64,000 nt of DNA from Camelus dromedarius (lineage: Eukaryota): the NCBI RefSeq assembly GCF_036321535.1, contig NC_087437.1, forward strand, positions 52,640,001 to 52,704,000, in the 5' to 3' direction. Shown here piece by piece: positions 50,371 to 62,357 of the stretch. The notes below the pieces were generated by a model. That model was not told the DNA's origin. It searched no databases and was given only the letters and a program-made list of their open reading frames with translations. Every line of letters begins with the position of its first letter. Position 1 is the stretch's first letter. The position numbers and the translations under genes were made by a program.

Positions 50371-52107
50371 TAACGGGATCAATACATAAATCCAGATTCT
50401 AGCACTGATGAAGAGCTCAACATAAGAAGGTTCTTGAGGAATTGGCAAAAATGAAAATAGAGAATGTAGAAGTTTCTCTTCCTTAACTTCAACCTAATTC
50501 ATCAAGTTTTGGGAGGCATGTCCTCTGAGCCAGGCACTAGCGGCTGCTGACGTCCAGGTAAAGACCACTGAGCCGGTGCGCATCAGAGTGAGCTGACATC
50601 ACTTTCACAGGCAGTATCAGCTCACCAGGAGGTTCACCTTTAGTAGGACTGTCAAGGTGGGAAGAAGGGAGAGAAAACCATAGGAAACTTACATAATTTT
50701 AAAGTAATTTTTAATTGCACTTCAGTATCCTAACTAGCCATTATAATGTAAGCCATTAAAAGCTTACATGTCATACAACCTATTATTCCCATAATACCAT
50801 TTCTACAGAAAAATACATTTTAATAGGGACTCTAAACTTCCAGGAATAAGCCACCACATTCCTAACCCCTCTTCTCTCCTCCCTCTAGAGCTTTGCTCAG
50901 GCAGCGGTGCAGATGAAGAGAAGGAATAAAGAGCAGCTTTGACAATGGGGGTTCTTCTAGAATGGGAAAATATGGGAAGGAAAGATGGGGGAGGGCGTGA
51001 CAGTCTTAGATTCGTATATATGATATGGATCATTCAAGTATTTGAATATGCGAGTGGCTGCACCTTTAATTCTGAACTTCATTAAGCCCAGATGTACCTT
51101 CTCATACTGAATTCCACCTACTAAAGTTATTACTGTTACTGCCATCTGCTTGAATGTATGATCAGAGACAAATCACTCATCAAATTAGAGCAAATCCCGT
51201 TAAAAAGCAGATTATCACTTTATTGGTTTCAGACCCCTCCAAACAACTAGATATGCAGAATAAAGTCTAGCTAATTGTGGAAGTGAGTATCTGCCTTTTT
51301 AGCCAACACCACAAGCAAAAATAAAAGAGAGAGAGACTGCATTGTATTCGTTTAGCAACAATATTATCAAAGTTATAAACAATGATTCTCTCTAAACAGC
51401 AAGCTCGTTCATCTATCCATCCATTCATCCACGGAACAACAATTGCATGTCATATACCACATTAGTCTCAGGAAAAAATATGGGGCAGGGGCAGAAAGGA
51501 GGGACACACAAAGGGGATACACCCTCAACTAGTAATATCAAGTGGTATTCTTTCTATTTCTTATCTTGACTTGTTAAAGTCTAACTGAATGACTAATGAG
51601 TGGAATAGCAAGGGAAGATAAACTCCAAGTTCTATCCCATAATAAATTAGAGTTAGTGTAGAAGTTAAAAATAGGTCGAGTAAGAGCCACTATGACTTAG
51701 AAACACACAGGTGCAAACACAAAATGAGGAGAGTATCCGGTCACACCATAAGCATCCCTAAAAACATCATAAATAGACCTACAAGGAACTAGTAGCATCA
51801 GATTCCCATGACAGCTTTTGAACTACCTAAGACCCTCTCCTAAGGAGCCCACTGCTCTTCCTCCTTTTTCCTGGCTAGAATCATCTATCGTCCTAACAAA
51901 CAAGGCCACTGAGGAATTGCTCTACTCTTTGTTGTGGTTATCACAAACATGGCTCAACAGTCACAAAATCGTTCAGATCTCACCATTACAGGGAGGAAAA
52001 TTACAAACAAGACCAGCTAGTGATTCTATCACTGCCTTCTTGAATTGGAGATAATCTTTCAGGTCTAAACTATTGAATAGCATGGTTATATGCTTTCCTA
52101 TATTAAG

Positions 52108-52290
52108 AAGCGTGGTATAGAAGAAAGACGACAGACTTTGTAGTCACACAGATGTAAATTCAGATCTAAGGTTTCTGGCTGTTGGCTTTGGGAGAGTGGC
52201 AACCTCCCTGAAGCCAGGCTCCCCTTTTGAGGAATGAGGTTGCCAGCACTTGCCCCACAGGGCTGTGGAGAGATGGGTGATAACCCATAC
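52108..52290 (+). mobile_element. MIR remnant (donor of the local duplication)
   Basis: agcgtggtatagaagaaagacgacagactttgtagtcacacagatg..., then a degenerate MIR core. Confidence 0.55.
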
Positions 52291-52524
52291 AAGCAACCAG
52301 CCCAGTCCATGGCCTCTATTTTTCATGCCAGGCTGTTTCTACCTCCTCTCACCCAGCATACCCACAAGCTGCATACACGTGGCACTCAGAGTGTGTAAAA
52401 GCTAAGTTTCTGCTTGTCAATCAGTCTGTGCATGTTTAACAAAAGTAAAGCCTACAAGAAACCTGAGGGGAAGGATTAACATGGTACCAAACTATATGCT
52501 CCAAAGCCAGAAAGAAACAACTCA

Positions 52525-52766
52525 GCCTCTGACAACTACCAGCCTACTTTCTGTGTCTATGAATGTGACTAGGAGCCTCATGTAAGTGGAATCATACAGT
52601 ATGTGCCTTTCTGCAACTGGCTTATTACACTCACATAATGTCTTCGAGGTTCATCAATGTTGTGGCAAGTTTCAGAATTTTCTTCCTTTTAAAGGCTAAA
52701 TAATCTTCTATTGTGTAGATATACCACATTTTGTTTATCCACTCATCTGTCGATGGACACTCAGGT
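52525..52766 (-). mobile_element. L1MB-like fragment
   Basis: cctcatgtaagtggaatcatacagtat...ataccacattttgtttatccactcatctgtcgatggacac. Confidence 0.85.
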
Positions 52767-52952
52767 CAGACAGAACCTTTTCCGTGGATTACTGAAAACA
52801 GAGACAGATGGATAGGAAAAGCACTATCTCTGAGGTAGTAATAAAGAAACTGGTATCTTACGCCACAAGGGTTCGGTCAAAAGCACTTGAGAGAAACAGT
52901 CCCCACATCTGGGCCTGGTTTTGTCAAAGCAGGTCCAGGACCCCAAAGTACT

Positions 52953-53043
52953 GCAACTTCCCTGAAGCCAGGCTCCTCTTTTGAGGAATGAGGTTGCCAG
53001 CACTTGCCCCACAGGGCTGTGGAGAGATGGGTGATAACCTATA
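52953..53043 (+). repeat. 91-bp direct duplicate of 52199-52289
   Basis: 3 mismatches in 91 bp, offset 754 bp. Confidence 0.95.
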
Positions 53044-53551
53044 TAAGGACCCAAAATACGGCTCTGGAATCTGACAACTCTGTAGAGTTCTGGTCCTGCT
53101 TAGAGAGCATCGAAGCAGGACGGACAGATGAAAATGCTTACCGTATGCCCAAGACAAGGGTTGGCCAGAATAAGTTCTGGAGAACTGGTCTGCCCTCATA
53201 TCTCAGATGTGCCAGGCTCCTTATCTTCACAGGCAGTTGTTCCTAAACAAGTATTTCTTTGTAAGGACTTGAACACTCACAGAATTCTAGAGCACACAGG
53301 AAGGCTGGAGATGGACAGCCTACAGCCTCACTTTACTGATGAGAAAACTAATGGCCAGGTGGGTAGGTTACAGAACTGGTTAACGACAGGCCAAGAATTA
53401 GACCAAGCCAAGGCCAGTACTCCTTCCACCAGACCTTACTGCCTCTTTCAAGTATCAATGAACAGCCAGAGTTCCTGTCCTATCAGTATTTTTTTAAAAA
53501 GCTTTTTAAAGTCTTGACTTTATTTGGAGGCCACCTCTTTTTTTCCAACAC

Positions 53552-54113
53552 TTTTTAAAATTGTGATAAAATACATATAACATGAAATTTACCATTTTAA
53601 CCATTCTAAGTAGACAGTTCCGTACTGTTAAGTACAAACTGTTGTGCATCCATCCCCACCATCCATCTCCAGAACTTTTTATTTTCCCAAACTTAAACCC
53701 TATATCCACTAAACAATAATTCCTTAGTCTCTAGCAACTACCATTCTACTTCCTGTCTCTATGAAGCTGACTACTCTAGGTACCTTACAGAAGTGGCATC
53801 ACAGTATTTGTCCTTCTGTGTCAGGCTTATTTCACTCAGCATAATGTTTTCAAGGTTTATCCATGTTGTAGCAGTTTCAGAATTTCCTTCTTTTTAAAGG
53901 CTGAATAATATTCCACTGTACAGATACACATCATATATATAGATGTATGTTTTGTTTATCCATTCACCTATCAATGGACACCTGAGTTGCTTCCAGCTTT
54001 TGACATTCTTATGAATAATGCTCCTATGAGTGTGGGTGTACAAACATCTGTTCGAGTCCCTGCTTTCAATTATTTCGGGTATATTCCGGAAGTGAAATGT
54101 TGGATCATATGGT
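53552..54113 (-). mobile_element. L1MB-like 3' end
   Basis: ttgtgataaaatacatataacatgaaatttaccattttaacc...ccagaactttttattttcccaaac...ggatcatatggt. Confidence 0.9.
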
Positions 54114-55580
54114 GCATCAGTGCTATTTTGAAATGTGTCTCAAAGGAGACAAAGGAGAGACAATCATTTTGGCTGGTGAACTTCTTTAAGAAAATGAAAA
54201 ATATTGAATGTTTTGTTTCTGAGCTTAGCTTTACTTAAAAATAAATTTTACAAGAAATCTTCTAGAGGTTATGTGAGATAGAGGAAAAAGCATGGCAATG
54301 ACAGTGAGGAGAATGATGTTTTATTAATGTCCAATGTAACAATTTTGACCTCTCTGAGCTTGAATTTCCACAGGGAGGAGAGAGTGGTCTAGATAATCTC
54401 TAAGGTCTATGGATTCTGTGGGTTCTATGAATCTATGGAAAAACTTACTTAGGGGATTACTATATTCCTCAATCATTTTTTATTTTCCTTTAGTTCTCTT
54501 TGAATTACTAAGCATATTAAAGCTTAAAGAACTGTTTCTAGTTAAAGAACTTAGTGTATTCTTAAAACAAAAGCTCCGGGGGCAATAAGAAGAATCCTGA
54601 GCTAAGGAAAATAACAAACAAACAAAAAAACATTGAGACTAATTTAATATAATAGGCAGTAATTTTCTCTAGCAGTACATTTGTTTGATAACTGCCTTAG
54701 AATTTCTAGAGTGTAGTACCTGTGCAACCTGCGTCACTGTGGCTTAATCTGAGTTACTGTGGTTCTTTTATAGTAGTTGACATAAAACTATCAGCGCACA
54801 CTGAGTTCAGTATCAACAGGGTACACCTGCCAAGAAAAGTTTGCTGCCACAGTTTGGTCCAAACAGCGCTTCTGTTACTGAGCAACATATTGTTACCAAG
54901 ATCCCTAACTGACAATGCATTTTGAGTCAAAATGCAGACGTGGCTACAGGTAGGACATCAACAACGTGCTCCAAACCCCCTCCACTCTTGGGCCTTTCCT
55001 AACTATCCAGACTGCGAACATTACTCTCCTTCCCCAGGAAGGATTTGGAGGGTGAGAAACATACTCCCCGACTACTTCCCCGAGCTTCCCACAACTCTAT
55101 CTGCGTGAGTATTCACCATGAACCAGGCTTTCTACTCCAGGGGCAAGAAGGCAAGATACAGGTAGAATTCCTCACATCTGCTTCACCAGTCAGTATTTCA
55201 ACTACTTAAAACAACTCCCATGGAAAGCTTCTTATAGTGGGTACAATTATCTATATTAACCTATTCAATCCTCCAATCCGTGAGTTAGGTGTATCCAAGC
55301 TCATATTGCAGGAAAGGAGATGGAAGCTCAGAGAAGTATCCTGTCGAGAGCCACAGAGGCAGTAAGGAGCCAGCCAGGCTGGACTGGGTCTTCTGGCACC
55401 AAGTCCAGTGCTTTTTCCACCAACCATTTGCCCAGATTCTCACAAGTCTGTGCCAACCAGCCAACCAAAGAGAACATCTGAAGTGCCTCTCTTAAAAAGC
55501 AGGACCTAATGATTTACAATTAATTTGTGGCTTTTTAGTCAAGTGTAAAGTGTAATGAATTACAATATTTATTCTCTTAC

Positions 55581-55615
55581 CTGTATTTTTGCTAATAGGC
55601 AGAACTTTGAGGGAA
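55581..55615 (-). other. Candidate 35-nt exon of an unidentified host gene
   Basis: actgat...atttctcctcttag|TTCCCTC...ATACAG|gtaaga. Splice signals only. Confidence 0.2.
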
Positions 55616-56341
55616 CTAAGAGGAGAAATCTTGGATCAGTCCTTTCATTAAAAAATGCTTTTCAGGGATAGAAGTACCCATGTTATCACCACCTCCAACG
55701 GCACACACTGCTTACTCCAGGGAAGTCTACCGGGGAAAAGGGATCCACTTAAGACTTCCTTGGACATTTTTAGACTCAGGTTATCCAAATCTTTCCACTC
55801 CAAATTCTAAGAATATATACAAATTGTGTTAATATTTATTATTATATACTAGATTCAGAAAACCGTTTCTTATGACCACATGCATTTTTCTGTAGCCCCA
55901 AGATCTCTGGAGGTGATGTCAGATTGTGTACCATGTCTATGCTCATTTTATTAGACTTGGAGCATAATTTTATTATTTCAAGTGAACACAGAGGTTTATA
56001 ATTATTGTATCATTGATATTATGGCACATTGTTGGTCCCATCTATGATTTTTTTGGTGCCCGGGCTTTGATCAGGAGAGTTAACACCCAAATATGACATT
56101 GCTCCTGTGGGAAAATACCACTGGCTCTAAAACACCTGTTTTTATGGGAGAGTTTTTATTAATGCAATGCCATGAAAAGTGGACTCTCTGTTCAATAAAA
56201 CCCTGAATAAGCAAAATCTAACTGTAAGTGTTCCTTTATCTACCTTTTAGGAGAAAGAAGCACTACTTTGGATTTATTTTTTAAGCAAGCTGGAGTGGCT
56301 AATATGGAGTAAATTTCAAATTTCTGCTCTACCCTCTATAT

Positions 56342-56503
56342 CAATGGTTCTCAACTCTAGCTGCACATCAGCATCACATGGGGACACTTAAAATAACTAT
56401 ACTAGTCCTCACCCCAGACCAACTGAATCAGAATTTCTGTGGGTGGACTACGGTACTGTTTTTTTTAAAAATTATAATGCACTTCCTGGGTTCAGAACAG
56501 TTG
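56342..56503. mobile_element. MER5-like MITE (copy 1 of a tandem pair)
   Basis: caatggttctcaactctagctgcacatcagcatcac...gggttcagaacagttg. Confidence 0.75.
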
Positions 56504-56511
56504 CCCTATAC

Positions 56512-56684
56512 CAGTGACTCTTAGACTTGAAAATTCATCAGAATCACCTAAAGGCCTTGTTAAAACACAGATTGCTGGCCCCCACCTGGGAATTTCTGAT
56601 GCAGTAGGTCTGGGGTGAGACAGAAAAACTGCATTTCTAACAAGTCCCCAGGTGATAGTCCAAGGACCACACTAAGAATCACTG
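56512..56684. mobile_element. MER5A-like MITE (copy 2 of a tandem pair)
   Basis: cagtgactcttagacttg...catcagaatcacc...tgcatttctaacaagtccccaggtga...gaccacactaagaatcactg. Confidence 0.8.
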
Positions 56685-58740
56685 CCCTACACTCTTTCCA
56701 GTTGAACAATTATTAATAGTGGTTCTAAATTAATTTTATTATAAAGATAGTAGACCACTTCTTATCCAGGAGTGAAATTTGTAAAATTTTAGAAAGGTTG
56801 TCAACAGTATAAGCCAAAGAAAATGGCTTTCTGCTCAATCATCAAGTAAGACAAGTAACTGAGTTTATCAAAGAGCACTGTTTGCTGAGAATTTCAGCTA
56901 CTGAAGTTAAACTAGGATAAAATCAGATACAGTTTCATTCAACCATTAGTAAGTACCTGCCATGTGGGGACTGGGCACACACCACAAGTCAGTCATTCCT
57001 TCCTTCCTCAAGCAGTGGAGCAGGCTATTACACAGCACTGCTGTGCACACAGCTATGCAGCCACACAGTACAGACAAGGTGACAGTGAGACCCTGGGAGT
57101 GACTTGGGGGAGTTTTACCCAGATGGGCACCTCTCAGTGGATCTTCAAGGGGTCCACCCAGCTGCCAGTTTTCCACTGTCCACAACAGAGCATACAATTC
57201 CAAGGCAGTGCACTCCCTGACCCACGAAGGTGCACCTGGACCTTGTCCCCTGGCATTATAGGACTCATCAGGAACTATAGACTAATTTTACTTTCAGGCT
57301 GAAGGCAGGTTCTGTGGTTTATCTACCTTTGTACTTTTTACAATTAACCCAACGCCTCACACATAGGTGCTGCTGAATACTTAGGAGTAAGTGATGAAAA
57401 ATGTAATCTGGAAGGTAAACCTAATGCCCCCAAGAAGTGAACACAAGTAGCAAGGGGAGGTCAGGTTCAGACTACCAGTCTTTCGCTCTGTAACTAGCAT
57501 TCTCTTTCTAGGCTTAACACACTGAAGGCATTTAAGAAGTGTTCCTGACTAACCAGAAATATGGTAACACATTAAGCTGGTATTGGGACAGTAGGTGAAA
57601 AGAAAGTTTCCCTATAGTTTGCTTCTATGGATTTGGAAAGAACAAGAGAAGAGTCCTCAGGGCCTAGCTCATTAATGCAGGGACCCTGGGCTGGCTTCCT
57701 CATCATCCTATGCTCTGTGGCCTGCACTCTGGCTAAACACATAACAGGTGCTTAAGCAATGGTCTTCCAAATTGAAAAAACTTACTGAATTCCTACTGAG
57801 TCTCAAAAACATTTTTAAAATTATTCGGACATTATTTGATGTTCAGCAGTTGACTCAGCTGAGGTAACTGAAAGATGACAGGCAGTTAATTTCAAAACCC
57901 AAATGAAAACCAACTAGATACAGAATTCTATTACATACCCAACAACCAGACAAGCAGGATCAATGACATTTAGGTCTCTAAGGAACTTGACAGAGAAAAT
58001 CTTCAGGAGTAAATGCTTTTCTCAAGATAAAAACATCCACAAACACTTTTTTGTTGTTAGAAGAACTGAAATAAACATAGAAGTTAAATACTGAAAGTAC
58101 CGTTTGGAGTGCCAAGGTAGCAGGGGTTAGCTGACCGCAGGCTCTGAGTCTCCCACTAGAACACAGCTCCCAGGCAGCCTCTTCTACTTAACAGCTAAAT
58201 ATTGGAGGTTATCATCCTATTTCTGACAAATGCAGTTTGCTGGGCTCAATCTTAGAAGTTACCCGCAATACTCTTTTAAAACAAAAATGCATTTACATTT
58301 TACCTTTAAAGGGCAGCACAGAATCAAGTGACAAATGATCAAACATTAAAATAGCCCCCAAGGTACCACTGGTTGTTAAATTCTTCTTGGTGAATATTTC
58401 CCAAATAAAAGTACTCAAAAAAGAGGTATTTCCATTTTATTAAGCTGTGATTATTCTGATCAAAATTGCCTTCATTTTCTGTCAGTTAAATAATACTGGA
58501 TTGCCATGATTTAAATTGAACTCTCTTTCGAATGGATGGATTTTTAACCCCTTTCTGTCATTTGAAAGTTATGAAGGCATCATCCTAAATTCTTTCAGAA
58601 CAGGACACTACCTATATATTAACTATCTGTATCTCAAGGGCATTGAAAACCTAAGATGAATCAAGATTATAGCTCACTGATTAACTGTAATAGGATAAAA
58701 CTAGAATTCACCTTTTCCTTAAGAGGAGAAAAGAAATGCA

Positions 58741-58860
58741 AGGAGGGAGGGGATAGCTCAATGGTAGAACACCTGCCTATCATGCACAAGGCCCTGGGTT
58801 CAGTCCCTAGTACCTCCACTAAAGATAAGTAAATAAATACATAAACCTCCTCCCCAAAAA
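58741..58860 (+). mobile_element. tRNA-derived SINE (Vic-1-like)
   Basis: ggaggggatagctcaatggtagaacacctgcctatcatgcacaaggccctgggttcagtccctagtacctcc plus an A-rich tail. Confidence 0.85.
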
Positions 58861-59898
58861 AGAGGGAAGGAATGCTTACTCAACAAAGAAATCAATATAA
58901 ACAAAATCATAAGAGGTAAATTTAAGCTACTCAAAAGAATAAGCTATTAAACACATTTTAGAAGTATTTATATATAACTATTATCATAAGTATGAATCAT
59001 CTTCTCTACTCAATAAGAAGGTCTAGGAGGACTGCTCTTTAGCAGCATTTTATTATTTTACTCTGGTTACAATTCTTAATTGAAAATAATACAATTTTTT
59101 AAAAATCTGTCTATTCAGACATTCTGTGAATTATTCATTTTTCCCTTATTTCAACTAGTCTGAATTCATGAGGCCTCAATGTATTTAATCCTAACCATAA
59201 CCTCAGGTCAAGAATTGAACAGCATCAACCAAATTCAGAGAAAATGATACTCCATGTGTTTACAGAGAGGAGGATCTGAAGCATTTGATGATGACAACAC
59301 TCAACCACTCTACACCATGTGGCTTCTAGGCTGTGAGACACAACCATGAATGTCCGCGGTTCACACTTCAATTGCACTGGTCCACAAGCATTTCTGAAAA
59401 TCCAGGAAACGTTATGTTTCCCAAGGTCACACAGGTGTACTCAAGAGCCACTCACAGGAGTGGCTTCCTATCTGGACTCCACATGTGGCTCCTGTGGTGA
59501 GACATTCCGTAGGCAGGGACACCTGTGTGGCTCAATGAGGAGGCCTGAGAAATGGGCTCTGTTGGGTCAACAAACAGGAAATGCCCCCCTCCAAATCCTT
59601 CTACCCCTAAATGCTGTTTTTCTTGTCTTGAAAAACCAATCAACTGAAGGGGCAAATTAAGAAGGAAAAACCGAGATTATCTGAGACATAAGCAAGTCAC
59701 CTGAGGCCTGACCCCTCTTCCCCAGGCTGGGATTATAACAAGAAGAAAAGTCACTGAGGAAGAATGAGAAAAAATATCTTTCTTTGGGTGCACATCCACA
59801 GCCAGTCAAAATATTAAGAAAACCAGCAATAAAAAGAGTGTACAGATACATATCACAGTCAGTCCTCTGAGCTCACAGAACTCCTTGTTCATGCTCAC

Positions 59899-59914
59899 CT
59901 TGAACCTCCTAACT
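59899..59914 (-). other. Candidate 16-nt micro-exon
   Basis: atttttatctccttcag|AGTTAGGAGGTTCAAG|gtgagc. Splice signals only. Confidence 0.2.
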
Positions 59915-60429
59915 CTGAAGGAGATAAAAATCTGAAATAAACCTTAAACTCAGTCTCTCCAGTGACAGCAGCTGGGATGTTCTTTCTAAATTCTCTAAAG
60001 AAAACAAAGTTAAAATACTATAATCATTTGATTGTTATGTGAAAAAAAATACATCAAGATTTTTAACTCTGAAGAGGTCAACAATCCACTCAGAGCATAA
60101 AGAAGTGAGAGAGGCAAGCAAAGGATAACTCAGGATATGCTGAGATGGACTTGAGTAACCTGTACAGAAATGTTAGTATTATATTTACCAGTAGCGGTTT
60201 TTTTAAAACAATGTAAAAAGCACCTATCTTTCCTTAAGAGCAGGCACTCCTAAGCAGTCTCTAACTTTCTGTAAGCCTCAGTCTATACAAGTTCAAAAGG
60301 AAACAACTAAAATAACCGTTTTTAATTCCAAATTTATTTTATTAAAAGTTTTTGGGTGTTTTGAGATAATCTGACACTTATTTAAATATAAATTTTATTT
60401 TTTAATAGGATATATTTCATTTATTTATT

Positions 60430-60568
60430 ATTTCTTTTTTCTTTCTTTTTTTTTTTTTTTTTGCGGGCAAGATAATTAGGTTTATTTTTAGAGGAGGTAC
60501 TGGGGACTGAACCCAGGACTTCATGCATGCTAAGCATGCATTCAATCACTGAGCTATACCCTCCCCCC
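60430..60568 (-). mobile_element. tRNA-derived SINE (Vic-1-like)
   Basis: ggaggtactggggactgaacccaggac...cactgagctataccctcccc, with an upstream poly-T tail. Confidence 0.85.
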
Positions 60569-60574
60569 TCGATT

Positions 60575-60730
60575 ATTTTTAATTGAAGTATAGTTGATTC
60601 ACAATATTGTATTAGTTTCAGATGTGAAAAGTGATTCAGTTATACATATATATTATTCTCAGATTATTTCCCATTATAGGTCATTACAAGATATTGAATA
60701 TTGTTCTCCATGTTATACAGTAAATCCTCA
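60575..60730 (-). mobile_element. Short L1 3' end
   Basis: aattgaagtatagttgattcacaatattgtattagtttcag...ttacaagatattgaatat. Confidence 0.8.
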
Positions 60731-61842
60731 AAGTAACTTTTCACTTCATATTAACTATCATATTATCTGGACCTTTAAAGGAAAAGGTTGAATGTGTTAT
60801 TGGAAGTATATGTGAGTAAAGTAAGCACTGAGATTCACTAAAAATTTAAAGGCATGACTATTAAAATAGTATATCTGGCTTAAGTCAAAGAAATTTAGGA
60901 CACTCTATAGGCAAAGTTGATAGGTTTGCATGAGTTTAGGGAAATGTTCACACATCAACACTGACATGGATTTATCTAGCTTTAACAACAATACAAAAAA
61001 ACTAGAAAATTTCTTCAAGACATAAATGTACAATAAAGGTAGGTACCAAAGATCTGAGGGCCTGATGTTTTGTATTTTTAGTGGAGAAGAGAACTGGCTT
61101 GTCTGATATCAAAGTGACCACTGCATTTGGCCCGAGATTTACTCCGATTTGGTATAGAAAATAGCATATTTCTTAGAAAACCAGTGATTTTAAAGAAGGG
61201 TAAATATATTTTCCTCTTGTAGACCATGGCTAACCGCAGTATGGCACAATTTTGGAGAAATCAGACCTCACCCAGTTACAAAAATAGCAAAAAGGACTCT
61301 TGCTGCTGGCAGGAAAGTGACATCTTTATTGATACTACAGAAACAGTGTTTTAAACTTTTCAATTAGTCATTAAAAAATCAGCTCTTTTAGATAAGGTTG
61401 AAAGGGAAAAATTAAGTTGTGTTTTATAAAAGGGAAGTAACTGAAACCATTCTTCAGAGGAAAGAAAAGAAAGTGGCAAAAAAGAAAAAGAAAAAACAAA
61501 ACAAAACAAAAAATTAACTCAGGTTACATACTAACTATGTAACCCTGTCTCACTCAGTACTTTGAACAATCTGGGCCTCAGTTCTCTAATCTATGAAATA
61601 AGGATAGTAGTATCTGCCTTCTTCACCTACAAGGTACTGTTAAAAATTAAATAAGGATTGTAAAAGGATTCAGCAAACTATAACTGTTATTACTGTTGTT
61701 TTAAAAAGAATTCTAGTTTAACTCCAAAAGGGCTAATTATAAGTATTATTATAAGGGGATTATTCTCTTCCATATAAGCCCCACATCAACCAAGTCTCCC
61801 TTCGATTTGCTGACTTTTCCTGGTTGATTTAATTCAACCCTA

Positions 61843-62357
61843 GATGGTCGCCAATGATCCCCACCTCCTGGTATTTAGTTTTTGAGTAATTCCTTCCCTT
61901 CGAGTGTGGGCTGGACTAGAGTCTGGTATCTAACAAACAAAATAAGGCAGAAGTGACAACGTGCAGCTCAGGGACCAGGCCGTAAAAGGCTGTGTGGTGT
62001 CACTATTCCTTGGATTACTCACTCGGGGAGGGCTCCTGTCACGCTGTACACAGACAGAGAAGCCCATGTTGCGAGGAACTGAGACCTTCGGCCAACAGCC
62101 AGAGAAAGACTGAGGCATGCCAACAAGCCCATGAGTGAGCCTGGTAGCAGATCTCCCAGCCCAGCTGAGTCTTCAGATGACTGCTGCCCTGGGTGGCAAC
62201 TTGGCTTCAATCTCATCAAAGATGCTAAGCCAAAATAACCCAGCTAAGCTGCTGCCATATTCCTGACCCTCAGAAAACGTGTGAGATAATAAATGTTGGT
62301 TGTTTTAAACTGCTAAGTTTTGGGGTAATTTGTATGCAGCAATAGATTACTAATACA
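61843..62357 (+). mobile_element. MLT1 (ERVL-MaLR) solo LTR
   Basis: aatgatccccacctcctggtatt...gtgagataataaatgttggttgttttaaactgctaagttttggggtaatttg...gcagcaatagattactaataca. Confidence 0.85.

Noticed and set aside
52525..54113. Two similar L1MB fragments 1 kb apart as a possible segmental duplication
   Set aside because: Their divergence looks like that of independent old copies, and the flanks are not shared.
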